A stretch of DNA of 64,000 nucleotides from Alphaproteobacteria bacterium (GTDB lineage: Bacteria > Pseudomonadota > Alphaproteobacteria > UBA828). Of the stretch, positions 20,230 to 30,514 are shown in pieces. The notes under the pieces were generated by a model that was given only the letters and a program-made list of their open reading frames with translations, searched no databases and was not told the DNA's origin. The stretch covers positions 416,001 to 480,000 of the forward strand of contig CBDCQT010000012.1 of the NCBI GenBank assembly GCA_965220745.1, written 5' to 3'. The first letter of the stretch is position 1. Every line of letters begins with the position of its first letter. Both the position numbers and the translations under genes were made by a program.

Positions 20230-21371
20230 TGTGTGGCCCTCGCGTCGCGGGCCGCCCCGATCGCGGCGACGATTGCAAGGTCCATCGTCTCGAAGGGGGT
20301 CACGCCGCGCCGTTCGCGCAGCATCGCCTGCGCCTCGGCCGAGCCTGTGCCCCGCACGCTGAAGAAGACCGGAATGGTCGGCTCGAGCGCCTCCCAGGCG
20401 TCGAGCAGGCCGGCGGTCATTACGTCGGTGCGCGCGAACGCGCCGCAGAAGTTCACCAGGAGACAACTGACCTTGGGGTTGTCGAGCACGAGCTCCAACG
20501 CCGGCCTGGCCTTGGTGTACGCCGCGCCGCCGACTTCCAGGAAGTTCGCCGGCCTCCCGCCGTGGTGCGTGATGACGTCCATGGTGGTCATGGTGAGCCC
20601 GGCACCGTTGGCGAGCACGCCGATGTCGCCGTCGAGCTCGATGTACCGCAACCCGAGGGCTTGCCCCCGCGCCTCCAGCGTGGTGAGTGTCTCGGGGCTC
20701 CCCGTGCTGGCGAGATCCCGCCTGCGCTGAATCCCGGAATCGTCGAGAACGAACTTGCAGTCGAGCGCGACCAGCCGCCCGTCCGCAAGCCGGGCCAGAG
20801 GATTCACCTCGAGCAACTCGGCGTCGTTCTCGCGGTAGGCGCGATAGAGCGCGGCTAGGGTCTCGGCGAGCGGTTCCTCGTCGCTGCCGAGGCCAAGGCC
20901 ACCCAACATCGCGCGCGCAGCGTCGAGGTCGAAACCTCGCAGGATGTCGACAGGTGCCTGCCGCAGACGATCCGGCTGCGACGCTGCGATCTCCTCAACG
21001 TCCATACCGCCGTCGGACGAGACCATCACCAGCGGCCCCTTGGACGCCGCGTCGTTCAAGACCGCTGCGTAGTACTCGGCCGCGATCTGCACCCGCTCCT
21101 CGACCAGCACCGACGCCACCCGATGCCCCGCGATCTCCATGTCGAGGATCGCGCTCGCGGCGTCATGGGCGGCCTGGGGATCGTCCGCCGTGCGGATGCC
21201 GCCGGCCTTGCCGCGCTTGCCCGCCGGCACCTGGGCCTTGACCACCACCGGCACCCCGAGCGTTGCCGCCGCGGCCTCAGCCTCGCCGGCGATCCGGGCC
21301 AGCTGCCCGCGCGGGATCGCGATCCCCGCCGCCTGCAGCAGCGGCTTTGCCGCATGCTCCTCGAAGTTCAC
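20226..21371 (-). CDS. SucC-like ADP-forming acyl-CoA ligase beta subunit (candidate sulfoacetate-CoA ligase)
   Basis: NFEEHAAK, VKAQV, RGKAGG, EVNPL, NGAGLTMTTMD, PANFLEVGG. Confidence 0.88.
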   Translation of the reverse strand: MNFEEHAAKPLLQAAGIAIPRGQLARIAGEAEAAAATLGVPVVVKAQVPAGKRGKAGGIRTADDPQAAHDAASAILDMEIAGHRVASVLVEERVQIAAEYYAAVLNDAASKGPLVMVSSDGGMDVEEIAASQPDRLRQAPVDILRGFDLDAARAMLGGLGLGSDEEPLAETLAALYRAYRENDAELLEVNPLARLADGRLVALDCKFVLDDSGIQRRRDLASTGSPETLTTLEARGQALGLRYIELDGDIGVLANGAGLTMTTMDVITHHGGRPANFLEVGGAAYTKARPALELVLDNPKVSCLLVNFCGAFARTDVMTAGLLDAWEALEPTIPVFFSVRGTGSAEAQAMLRERRGVTPFETMDLAIVAAIGAARDARATQ

Positions 21372-21407
21372 GTTGGTCGGTTCCGAATCGTGCGGGCGCT
21401 GCTTTGC

Positions 21408-22829
21408 CTACTTCCCGTACTTCTCCCAGTAGGCGCCGAACAGCGCCTCCTCGCTGGGCCTGTCCTGGGTGATCGGTACCGCGAGATGGGTGATGTTGAG
21501 GAAGTGCCGGTAGTTGAGGTTCTCGCTGATGCTGTTGCCCTGCCATGTCCCACAGCCCATGGAGAGCGTGAAGTTGAGCCCGCTGTCGAAGCCGCCGCCA
21601 TTGCCGAAGGTGTGCGCCATGTTTACCAGCACGCGGGCGGTGTCGAGCTCCTCGGCAAGCCGGCGGGCATGCGCCATCTCCTGCGTGTGAATGCCGACGG
21701 AGTGGCCGCGGCCCTTGACCGCCATGATCGCGCGGACCTTGTCCACGGCATCGTCGAAGCTCTTCGCGCGATAGACGGTCAGCACGAGGGCGAGCTTCTC
21801 GTCGGAAAACGGATGCTTAGAACCGATCCCGGTCTCCTCGACCATGAAGAACCTCGCGTCACCCACCTTGTCGTCGAGGCTGCATTCTGCCGCAAGAACT
21901 TCGAAGTCCTTCGCGATCACACTACGGTTGAGCTTGCCGCCCACCCAGAGGGTGTCCCGGATCGCGTCCTTTTCCGCCGAATTCGCCAGATAGCCGCCGG
22001 CGCGTTCCAGCGCGGCCACCGCGTCATCGTACACGTCATCCAGGATGATGACCGCGTTCTCAGAGGAGCACGACGTGGCGTTGTCGAAGCACTTCGACGC
22101 GGCAATCTTCGCCGCTGCCTCGCTCAACTTTGCGCTGGAATCGATGATGACCGGGACGTTCCCTGCGCCGACCCCGATCGCCGGCGTTCCGCTACGGTAG
22201 GCGGCACGCACATTGCTCTGCGAGCCGGTGACGACCACGAGATCGCAGGCCGCCATCAGCGCGTTGGTGATCGCCTTGTCCACGGGCGGCGGCAGCACCT
22301 GAACGAGATCCGCCGGCGCCCCGATCTTCTCCAGCTCTGCCCGCATCAGCGCCACCGCGCGGGTGGTCGTCGGGAGGCCCGCCGGTGACGGCGCAATGAC
22401 GATCGCGTTGCGGCCCTTGATCGCCATCATCGCCTTGTTCACCGGGGTTGCCGCGGGGTTGGTGGAGGGCGTCACCGCACCGACCACGCCGACCGGCTTC
22501 GCGTACTTCACCAAGCCGAGTTCCGGCTGCTCCTCGATGATGCCGACGCTCTTCACCCGCATGAGGTCGCGCAGCGTGCCGAAGGTCTTGCGCTGGTTCT
22601 TGATTACCTTATCCGCGGTGTTGCCGAGGCCGGTGTCCTCCACCGCCATCGCAGCAAGGGCCTCGGCGTGTTCCGGCTTGTAGAGCGACCACGCCAGCGC
22701 GGTCACCGCCTCGTCCACCCGCGCCTGATCCGAGGCCGCGAAGGCCTCCATGGCCGCGCGCCCGCGCCGGACCAGGGAATCGACGATCGCGACCGGGTCG
22801 CGCCCGAAGAGTTCGGCAGGCTGGCTCAT
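21408..22829 (-). CDS. sauS: CoA-acylating aldehyde dehydrogenase, SauS-like (sulfoacetaldehyde)
   Basis: DKVIKNQRKTFG, PSTNPAATP, GVGAGNVP, SKCFDNATSCSSEN, FGNGGGFDSGL, GCGTW; next to xsc. Confidence 0.75.
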   Translation of the reverse strand: MSQPAELFGRDPVAIVDSLVRRGRAAMEAFAASDQARVDEAVTALAWSLYKPEHAEALAAMAVEDTGLGNTADKVIKNQRKTFGTLRDLMRVKSVGIIEEQPELGLVKYAKPVGVVGAVTPSTNPAATPVNKAMMAIKGRNAIVIAPSPAGLPTTTRAVALMRAELEKIGAPADLVQVLPPPVDKAITNALMAACDLVVVTGSQSNVRAAYRSGTPAIGVGAGNVPVIIDSSAKLSEAAAKIAASKCFDNATSCSSENAVIILDDVYDDAVAALERAGGYLANSAEKDAIRDTLWVGGKLNRSVIAKDFEVLAAECSLDDKVGDARFFMVEETGIGSKHPFSDEKLALVLTVYRAKSFDDAVDKVRAIMAVKGRGHSVGIHTQEMAHARRLAEELDTARVLVNMAHTFGNGGGFDSGLNFTLSMGCGTWQGNSISENLNYRHFLNITHLAVPITQDRPSEEALFGAYWEKYGK

Positions 22830-23208
22830 CGTCGGTGTCGCTCCTCGAGTCTCGGAATATCTCGCCGAAGCCTGAACTTGGTGCAGGTTCCGGCTTTGAA
22901 TCAAGCATCTTACGTGCAGAGCGGCAGTCGTGCAGCAGGGTACGCGAATCCGCCGGACGAGATATTCCTGGTCGAAACTTGCTGTGATCCCTAGTCAATT
23001 CAGCTGCTCAAGCGTGACGACGACCGATGGCCCGACATCGGGATGCCGGAGCTAAACGGGCTTCACTACGACCCAGAACCGTCGGACCTGCCGGGCATTC
23101 CCGAATGACTGGCGACCATTCTCCGGCAGAGCCGCTGACGTGTTGATCGCCGACATCGATGGTGAAACTCGAACCGGGAACACAATCACCGAATGGTATC
23201 CAAATGGG

Positions 23209-23605
23209 GTGCGCCAGGCGAACTCTGGCGTGGATGGCCGGTGAAAGCCCGGTGAAGGGAAGGTGTAACGAGCCACTCTTTCTTGCCCTCGAGCCGTGCA
23301 TCGGGTCCCGCGAGGGATCAGGTGAAGCGTCGGTAGAGGCGCGTGTGGGCAGGGCTAATGAGCACCGAAAGATTTGTAATTCGGAGTGCCGAGGTTTTCC
23401 CATATGCCGAAGGCAACACTGGCCGTCCAATTTCGTGAGGGCGGTAGGGCTCCGCGGTGTCTGAGAACCCATGCACGCATGCAAGTCCACTCGGGGGACC
23501 TGGGAGGTCTCCATGCCATCCCGCCGTCGTGGCGGGATCGCTGAGGAAAGGAGGAATCCGTAACCGAAGATGGACGGCATGGAGAAGTCAGACTCGGCCA
23601 TAGTA
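23209..23605 (+). mobile_element. 5' fragment of a group II intron (domain I region); no RT ORF and no domain V/VI
   Basis: Starts GTGCG; contains GGTGAAAGCCC, GAGCCGTG..GAAGCGTCGG, GAAGGCAACA, ACCTGGGAGGTC, GAAGTCAGACTCGGCCATAGTA, then breaks off. Confidence 0.8.
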
Positions 23606-24319
23606 ATTGATCGGCTGCCTCTTTCACTACGTGCTTCGCTTACGATGAGACACGTCATATAGTGGGTCGCTCGACGGGAACAACAGGAAGTAGCGTCAAG
23701 TCGGGCGCTACACTTGATCGATGCGCCTTCCTGAATGGCAAGGTAGGGCGGTATAGCGCCCATTCGAAACCGTTTGAGACCGTTGAGATAATCGAGGCGC
23801 CGGAAGATGGTGGCGAGGCACTCCGATTCAGCGGGGATGGGCTGCCGGATGATGAGGGCTGTTTCGGCGAAGGCCATGCGAACGACCATGAGCGCCATCA
23901 ATGTGCAGACCGGGTGCGAGAGCGCCGGCTCAAGCAACGGTCCGGGGGCGTGGCGCGGACAATGGGCGTCTGTCGACGCAGTGGCGAGACGCATGGAAGG
24001 GCGTTGGCCAAGAGGGGAGAGTGGAGCGCAAGCGATGCCGGAGCGGAGCGACGCATCGCCAGGCGCGACACGATGCGGGAGGGGCCGATGCAGGAACAGA
24101 GCGCGATGGCGCGGAGCGCCGAGCGCTGGACGGCGAGCCGTGGCCGGCGCAACGCACTTTTAACTATAGGGGGAGGCGGCGGGGCATTCGGCGACGGTGC
24201 GCATAACCGGGCCGAAGCGTCTAGCGTCACGACACTCGGGACTGGCGCGAACGACGAAGGCGCGCATGCGCCGAGTTGGGCGCGAGGCCGGAGTGGATCG
24301 CGGCTCATCACAGGCTGAG

Positions 24320-25040
24320 GATTGGAGCGTGAACGCCCGGGTGCGCTGACGGGTGCCGTCGCCCAGGATCCGCGCCACCGCCAGCGTCGTGTTGTCATAG
24401 AGGGGCGAGCGCGGGATCCCGCCGAGGAAAGCGAAGGCGCTGACGTGTCCGTCGAGGAAGGCCTCCGTCGTCTCCCGCGGATAGGCCTTGACGAACCACA
24501 CGTCGGAATGGGGCAGGATCAGGCAGAAGATAGCGACCTTCTCGCGAATGCCCCGACCTCGACTGTCGCCTCGCTGAAGTCGACCTGGGCATGGCCGGGC
24601 GGGTGATGCAGCGGAACGAAGGCCTCGCACGTCGTCTGGCGGTGGGCCCGGACATAGTCCTTCACGATCGTGTAGCCGCCGCTGAACCCGTGCTCGTCCC
24701 GAAGCCGCTCGAAGATCCGATGCACCGTGTGCCGCTGCTTGCGCGGAACCTCCGGATCGGCGTCCGCCTCCAGGATCGCATCGATGATCCCGGTGAACCC
24801 GTCCAGCTTCGGACGCCGCACAGGTTTCGTCCGGCGGTCGATCCCGAACCGCCGACCGGTCTCATGATGGCTCAGACCTTCCTCGGCAACCGCTAGCCGA
24901 ACCGCCGCATAAAGCTCCACGCCGCACATCTCCCGCCCCGTGCCCGAACAGACAAGGCACCATGGATGGCGCATTTTCGCGCCGCCGCGACCGGACCGAC
25001 CGGCCGCTCCGCGTGGAGCATTATTCAGCCGCTGTTAACA
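24320..25040 (-). mobile_element. istA: IS21-family remnant (left end plus deleted, frameshifted istA)
   Basis: PRKQRHT..IFERLRDEHGFSGGYTIVKDYV, AQVDF, FVKAYPRETTEAFLDGH, YDN; end TGTTAACAGCGGCTGAATAATGCTCCA at 25040. Confidence 0.87.
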
Positions 25041-25400
25041 CCGTCTGCACCACAGTCTGGTGCGGATTGCGGAGCGCACGGCGGAAACGGAAGCGGAGGA
25101 AGCGGTGCTGACGCGCATTCGCACTGCGCTCGCCGATCCGCCCCGGGGGCAGTCGGACTTCCCAGGGCAGTGTTGGGCGAAGGCTCTCGGCTCCAATCGA
25201 TCGTCTCCAGCCAGTCGAGCGCCAGGGTTCGTCGCAAATGGTGCCGATCGGCGTGCGGGACGTCTGCGCTCCCCGGTGCGGCAATCGACTGGTTCTCCGC
25301 GCTCAACGCCTACCCTAGGGTACGGAACCGGGGCTATCCTGCTGCTCGGAGCGCCGGGGCCACAACCGCATCTAGTCTTGGACACTCTGGAAGTCATGAT

Positions 25401-26057
25401 ATGACGACGCAAAATCTCGTCCTCTGGGGCGCGGGCACGATGCGGACCCACCGCACCCTGTGGCTCGCCGAAGAACTGGGCCTCGACTACGAGCACCGCC
25501 CGATCGGCCCGCGCACCGGCGAGACCAGGACCGCCGATTTCCTGGCCATCAACCCGCGGCACAAGATCCCGGCAATGGTCCACGGCGATATCTGCCTGAC
25601 CGAGAGCGCCGCGATCATGACCTACATGACCGAGACCTTTCCGGTGCCTGACCATGTCTATGTGCCCGACGACGCGCTCGGGCGGGCGCGGCTGCTCGAA
25701 TGGTGCTTCTTCGCCATGAGCGAGCTCGACGCCAATGCGATCTACAGCATCCGGCGCCACGGCGACCTGGTCGAGATATACGGCGCCTCGCCGATCGCCG
25801 TCCGCGCGGCGATCGAGTATTTCGACCACCAGCTCGAATGCATGGAGGAACGGATCGCCGGGGCCGGCCCGTTCCTGATGGGGGAGAAGATCAGCGTCGC
25901 CGACATTCTCTTCATGTCCTGCCTGGATGCCGCCGAGCACTACGAGCTCGCCTTGCCGGACTGGCTGCGCGACTACCGCATCCGCATGCGAGCGCGCCCG
26001 GCCTATGCGGAGACCTATCCGCGCAACTACGGCGGGCGCAGCGCGCCGAAGGTCTGA
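25401..26057 (+). CDS. Glutathione S-transferase family protein
   Basis: LWLAEELGLDYE, INPRHKIP, LTESAAI, FLMGEKISVADI. Confidence 0.9.
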   Translation: MTTQNLVLWGAGTMRTHRTLWLAEELGLDYEHRPIGPRTGETRTADFLAINPRHKIPAMVHGDICLTESAAIMTYMTETFPVPDHVYVPDDALGRARLLEWCFFAMSELDANAIYSIRRHGDLVEIYGASPIAVRAAIEYFDHQLECMEERIAGAGPFLMGEKISVADILFMSCLDAAEHYELALPDWLRDYRIRMRARPAYAETYPRNYGGRSAPKV

Positions 26058-26060
26058 GCC

Positions 26061-27248
26061 ATGCCCGGCCCGCTCGAAGGCGTCCGCGTCCTCGATCTGA
26101 CGACCATGGTCTCCGGCCCGGTGGCGACCATGATGCTCGCCGATCAGGGCGCCGACGTGATCAAGATCGAAGCGCCGGCCGGCGACATCATGCGCCAGTA
26201 CGGTGTCGTCCACCGCGGCATGTCCGCCACCTTCCTGTCCTGCAACCGCTCGAAGCGCTCGCTCTGCGTCGACCTCAAGACCGCCGAGGGCCTCGCCATC
26301 GTGCGCAAGCTCGCCGCGACCGCCGATGTGCTGGTGCAGAACTTCCGCCCCGGCGCGATCGAGCGCATGGGGCTCGGCGAGGACATCGTTCGCGACCTCA
26401 AGCCCGACATCGTCTACGTCTCGATCAGCGGCTTCGGCGAGTCGCGGCCCTATGCCCACCAGCGCGTCTACGATTCGGTCATCCAGGCGCTTTGCGGACT
26501 CTGCGACATTCAGACCAATAACGAGACGGGGCGCCCGCACATGGTGCGCACCATCGTTCCCGACAAGACGACATCTTTGACAGCGGCGCAGGCGATCACT
26601 GCGGCGCTGTTTGCGCGCGAACGCACCGGTGAGGGCCAGCACGTCCGCCTCGCCATGCTCGACACCATGGTCGCCTACCTGTGGCCGGAGGCGAGCGCGC
26701 CGCTCACCTTTCTCGACAACGAGCAGGACCCGGCGCAGGAGCAAGCGGGGCCCGATCTGATCTTCCGCACCGCCGACGGCTATATCACCGCGGCCGCCGT
26801 CTCGGACGCGGAATGGGCGGGGATGTGCCGCGCTTTCGGCCGCGAGGAGCTGACCCTGGACCCGCGCTTCAGGACCGCCGCCGCGCGCGGCCACAACCGG
26901 ACCGAGCGCCGGACCATCATGAACCGGGAGATCGCCAAGTGGCCGACGGCGGAAATCCTCGCGCGTCTCGACCGCGAGACCGTGCCCGCCGCGCCGGTGC
27001 TGAGCCGCGCCGAGGTGATCGCGGACGCCCAGGTGGTCGAGAACGGGATCATCGAAGTGCGCGAGGCCCCCGATCTCGGCCGGGTGCGCCAGCCCAGGCC
27101 GGCGGCCCGTTTCGCCGAGACCCCGGCGGAGATCCGGTCCATCGCGCCCTGGCTCGGCGCCGACAACGCGGCGATCCTGGCAGAGCTCGGCTACGACGAA
27201 GCCGACATCGCGCGTCTCGCCGAAGACCAGGTGGTGCATCGGCAGTAG
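26061..27248 (+). CDS. Family III (CaiB/BaiF) CoA-transferase
   Basis: GPLEGVRVLDLT, GADVIKIE, NRSKRS, QNFRPG, YDSVIQA. Confidence 0.92.
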   Translation: MPGPLEGVRVLDLTTMVSGPVATMMLADQGADVIKIEAPAGDIMRQYGVVHRGMSATFLSCNRSKRSLCVDLKTAEGLAIVRKLAATADVLVQNFRPGAIERMGLGEDIVRDLKPDIVYVSISGFGESRPYAHQRVYDSVIQALCGLCDIQTNNETGRPHMVRTIVPDKTTSLTAAQAITAALFARERTGEGQHVRLAMLDTMVAYLWPEASAPLTFLDNEQDPAQEQAGPDLIFRTADGYITAAAVSDAEWAGMCRAFGREELTLDPRFRTAAARGHNRTERRTIMNREIAKWPTAEILARLDRETVPAAPVLSRAEVIADAQVVENGIIEVREAPDLGRVRQPRPAARFAETPAEIRSIAPWLGADNAAILAELGYDEADIARLAEDQVVHRQ

Positions 27249-27447
27249 CCGTGACCCTCATGAGAAATGCGGGGGAGCAGCGCACCACCGGCTCGACGGT
27301 GCTTCTCCCGTTTGCGTGACGCGCTTCCGGAGAAACTCCACTTCGGCATGTCGAAGAACGACCGCAGATAAAGCGCGTACACCTACAGCACTGGCACCAC
27401 GGATACCAACTGACGGCGAGTCTCGCCGTCGATCGCAGTGGCCGGAG

Positions 27448-27466
27448 CGTTGCAGATTCGGCAACG
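27448..27466. promoter_or_regulatory. Putative LysR recognition box
   Basis: CGTTGC-N7-GCAACG contains T-N11-A, upstream of an operon that ends in a LysR gene. Confidence 0.5.
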
Positions 27467-27788
27467 TAGAGCACGGAAAACAGCAATTCCGTTGAACACC
27501 ACCACGGGACTACGATCTCTCCAGCAGCGGGTGATCAGACACGATTCAAACGTCGACTGTCGCTTGCCGTCGCGTACGACCGAAGGCGGGAAAGTCCTGC
27601 GAAACGACGCCTGAACCGCTGGGCCCGGTCACCTGCATCGGAAAGTCAAAAGGGGGACGGTGAGGACAAGACGCCGGTGCCTCGCAGCCATAGGCGAGAA
27701 CGAAGCGCGCGGGCGCTCCAAAGAAGGTTAGCGGGACGGAAGTCGCGTACTTCGCGTGAAACCACATTGCCACTCGGGAGGTCTAGTC

Positions 27789-28835
27789 ATGGCAGAACAC
27801 TCGCAATCACACCGATCGCTCAATCGGCGCCAAATCCTGAAAGGCGCAGCCGCACTCGGCGGCGTTGCCGCCACCTCGTCCTTCATCAGCGTGGAGGCGC
27901 TTGGTGCCGACGCGGCGAAGGTCAACGTGCAACTCGGCTGGCTCGCCAGCAACGGCATCATAGGCGAGGTCGTGGCCAAGCGAACGGGCATCTACGACGA
28001 ACTCGGCATCGAGCTCGAGGTCACGCCGGGCGGGCCTGGCGTGGACGGCGTCGCGTCGGTGGCGGCCGGGCGGGCCGGGGTCGGCCATCTCTCCTCCAGC
28101 CCGTCGCTGATGCTGGCGCGCTCTGCCGGCATCCCGGTCAAGGCCTTCGCCGCCGGTTACCAGAAGCATCCCTTCACCTACTTCTCGCTCGCCAGCAATC
28201 CCATCAACACGCCCCAGGACATGATCGGAAAGACGATCGCCACGCAGCCCACGGCGGTCATTCTGCTCCGGGCGCTGCTGGCCAAGAACGGCATCGCCGA
28301 GGACCAGGTCGAGATCGTCAAGATGGGGAGTGACATGAACCAGGTGATGACCGGCCAGGCTGCCGCCGTCACCGGGTGGATGACCAATACCAATGCGCTG
28401 AAGATCCTTGGCGACGACCGCGTCGACATGATGCTGTGGGACGCGGGCATCCAGCTCTACGCCAATGTCTACTACGCCACCGACGAGATGCTGGCTGACC
28501 ACGCAGACGTGCTGACCCGCTTCCTCATCGGGACTGCGCGCGGCTGGGGCGAGGTGCGCAAGAACCCGGAGGCCGGTGTCGACCATCTCGTCGCCGAGTA
28601 CCAGAACCTCGATCGCGCGAGCGAGCTGGAAGCGGTGGGACCGGTGCTCGGATTCTCGTTCAACGACGTGACGGCAGCCGAGGGCTGGGCGGCCATGAAC
28701 CCGGCGAACTGGCAGGCGCAGATCGACACCTACGCCCAACTGGAGCAGTTCCAAGGCGCGACGCCGACGCTGGACGACGTGATGACCCTGGATATCCTTG
28801 CTGCCACGGAGGCCGTGAGGAAAGAGGTCGGATGA
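27789..28835 (+). CDS. ABC substrate-binding protein, NMT1/THI5/SsuA type, Tat-exported
   Basis: NRRQILK twin-arginine signal; VQLGW, PGGPGVD, GKTIATQ. Confidence 0.85.
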   Translation: MAEHSQSHRSLNRRQILKGAAALGGVAATSSFISVEALGADAAKVNVQLGWLASNGIIGEVVAKRTGIYDELGIELEVTPGGPGVDGVASVAAGRAGVGHLSSSPSLMLARSAGIPVKAFAAGYQKHPFTYFSLASNPINTPQDMIGKTIATQPTAVILLRALLAKNGIAEDQVEIVKMGSDMNQVMTGQAAAVTGWMTNTNALKILGDDRVDMMLWDAGIQLYANVYYATDEMLADHADVLTRFLIGTARGWGEVRKNPEAGVDHLVAEYQNLDRASELEAVGPVLGFSFNDVTAAEGWAAMNPANWQAQIDTYAQLEQFQGATPTLDDVMTLDILAATEAVRKEVG

Positions 28836-29647
28836 CGCAAGCCGCCGCCGTGGCGTCGGGCTGCACTAAAGCCTCCCCCGCCACGGCGATTGCAGTCCGC
28901 GACCTGGCGGTCCGTTTCGACGGAGACGCCGGCAGCGTCACCGCGCTCGACGGGGTCGGCTTCGAGGTGCCCGAAGCCGGCTTCGTCACCATGCTGGGAC
29001 CGTCAGGCTGCGGCAAGTCGACGCTGCTCAGGGCCGTCGCCGATCTAGTTCCCATCAGCGCAGGCTCGATCAACGTCTTCGGCCGCACGCCGGAGCAGGC
29101 CCGCCGGGCGCGGGATTTCGCCTTCGTCTTTCAGGACGCGACGCTGCTGCCCTGGCGCAGCGTCATCGACAACGTGCGGCTGCCGCTGGAGGTCGGCCGC
29201 CGCGGCGGTGCGGTCGAGCAGCATGCGGAGCCGGAGGAGCTGCTGGCGCTGGTGGGCCTCGAAGGGCGCGCCGACGCGCTCCCCCACGAGCTCTCAGGCG
29301 GCATGCGCCAGCGCGTCTCTATCGCGCGGGCGCTGGTTTGCCGCCCCCGCGTGCTGCTGATGGACGAGCCCTTCGGCGCCCTTGACGAGATCAACCGCGA
29401 CAAGCTCAACGAGGAGCTGCTGCGTATCTGGAAGGAGACCGGCACCACGATCATGTTCGTGACCCATTCGGTGCCCGAAGCCGCTTTCCTCGGCCAGAAA
29501 TGCCTGGTGCTCTCGGCCCAGCCGGGTCGCGTCCGCGAATACGTGGACATCTCCTTCACGTCGCCGCGTGCCCTCGGCATGCGCGACACACTCGAGTTCG
29601 TGCAGGTCACCGCGCACCTGCGCTCCCTCCTGGAGCTGCCGCGATGA
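28832..29647 (+). CDS. ABC ATPase (TauB/SsuB type)
   Basis: GPSGCGKST, LSGGMRQR, MDEPFGALD. Confidence 0.9.
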   Translation: MTQAAAVASGCTKASPATAIAVRDLAVRFDGDAGSVTALDGVGFEVPEAGFVTMLGPSGCGKSTLLRAVADLVPISAGSINVFGRTPEQARRARDFAFVFQDATLLPWRSVIDNVRLPLEVGRRGGAVEQHAEPEELLALVGLEGRADALPHELSGGMRQRVSIARALVCRPRVLLMDEPFGALDEINRDKLNEELLRIWKETGTTIMFVTHSVPEAAFLGQKCLVLSAQPGRVREYVDISFTSPRALGMRDTLEFVQVTAHLRSLLELPR

Positions 29648-30483
29648 CCACGACAGAGGTGGGCGCCAAGGCCGCCAGGCCACAGGCCGCGGCAGGCGGA
29701 ACTGCCCGCGCCGGGCGAGCGAGAGCGAGGCGGCGTTTCCGCTATGCGCCTGCCATCGGGGCTGGGGTCGGCATGGTGGTTGTCTGGCACCTCATCGTCA
29801 CCGGCTTCGAGATACCGACCTACATCGCGCCGAGCCCGTGGCAGGTGCTGGTGGTGTTCGCCAACCAAGGCGACATACTCTGGATCAATTTCCTGCCAAC
29901 CCTGTTAGAGGCGGTGTGCGGCTTCGCGCTGGGCAACACCATCGCGGTGCTGCTCGCGGTCTGGTTCGTGCACAGCGGGGTGGCGGAGCGCGCGTTCTAT
30001 CCCATCGCGGTCTTCATCAACACGATCCCCATCATCGCCATCGCGCCGATCCTGGTGCTGATGCTGGGCAACGGCTACGAGCCGAAGATCGTCATCGCGG
30101 CTCTGATCTGCTTCTTCCCGACCCTGGTCAACATGGTACGCGGTCTCAAGGCGGTGAGCCCGCAGATGCTGGAGCTGATGCGCGTACTCTCTGCCAACGA
30201 CCGGGAGGTCCTGTTCAAGATCCGGCTGCAGAGCTCGCTGCCCTTCCTCTTCGCGGCATTGAAGATTGCATCGACGACCTGCGTCATCGGCGCCATCGTC
30301 GGCGAATGGATCGGCTCCAACTACGGCCTAGGCTCCCTCATCATCGAGGCCACCTACAACTTCCGCGCCCCCCTGCTCTACGCCACGGTCATCCTGGGCG
30401 CAGGCCTCGCGGTCGCTTTCTTCGTGACCACGTCGATCGTCGAACGGCAGGTCCTGAAGTGGAAGCCGGGCGCGGTCTTCTGA
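29644..30483 (+). CDS. ABC permease (SsuC/TauC type)
   Basis: PIIAIAPIL, ICFFPTLVN, IGAIVGEW; ATGA overlap. Confidence 0.88.
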   Translation: MTTTEVGAKAARPQAAAGGTARAGRARARRRFRYAPAIGAGVGMVVVWHLIVTGFEIPTYIAPSPWQVLVVFANQGDILWINFLPTLLEAVCGFALGNTIAVLLAVWFVHSGVAERAFYPIAVFINTIPIIAIAPILVLMLGNGYEPKIVIAALICFFPTLVNMVRGLKAVSPQMLELMRVLSANDREVLFKIRLQSSLPFLFAALKIASTTCVIGAIVGEWIGSNYGLGSLIIEATYNFRAPLLYATVILGAGLAVAFFVTTSIVERQVLKWKPGAVF

Positions 30484-30514
30484 GCCGGCTGCGCTCACAC
30501 CTGGAGGCAAGTAC

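Noticed and set aside
19360-21371. Housekeeping sucCD
   Set aside because: No mdh/sucAB context, divergent sequence, and located in an island operon with a SauS-like gene; gene symbols withheld
23008-23994. 328 aa minus-strand ORF as a possible intron-encoded RT
   Set aside because: Wrong strand, no YADD or other RT motifs, overlaps intron RNA
27500-27788. TPP riboswitch ahead of the NMT1/THI5-like SBP
   Set aside because: No CTGAGA...ACCTGA core found
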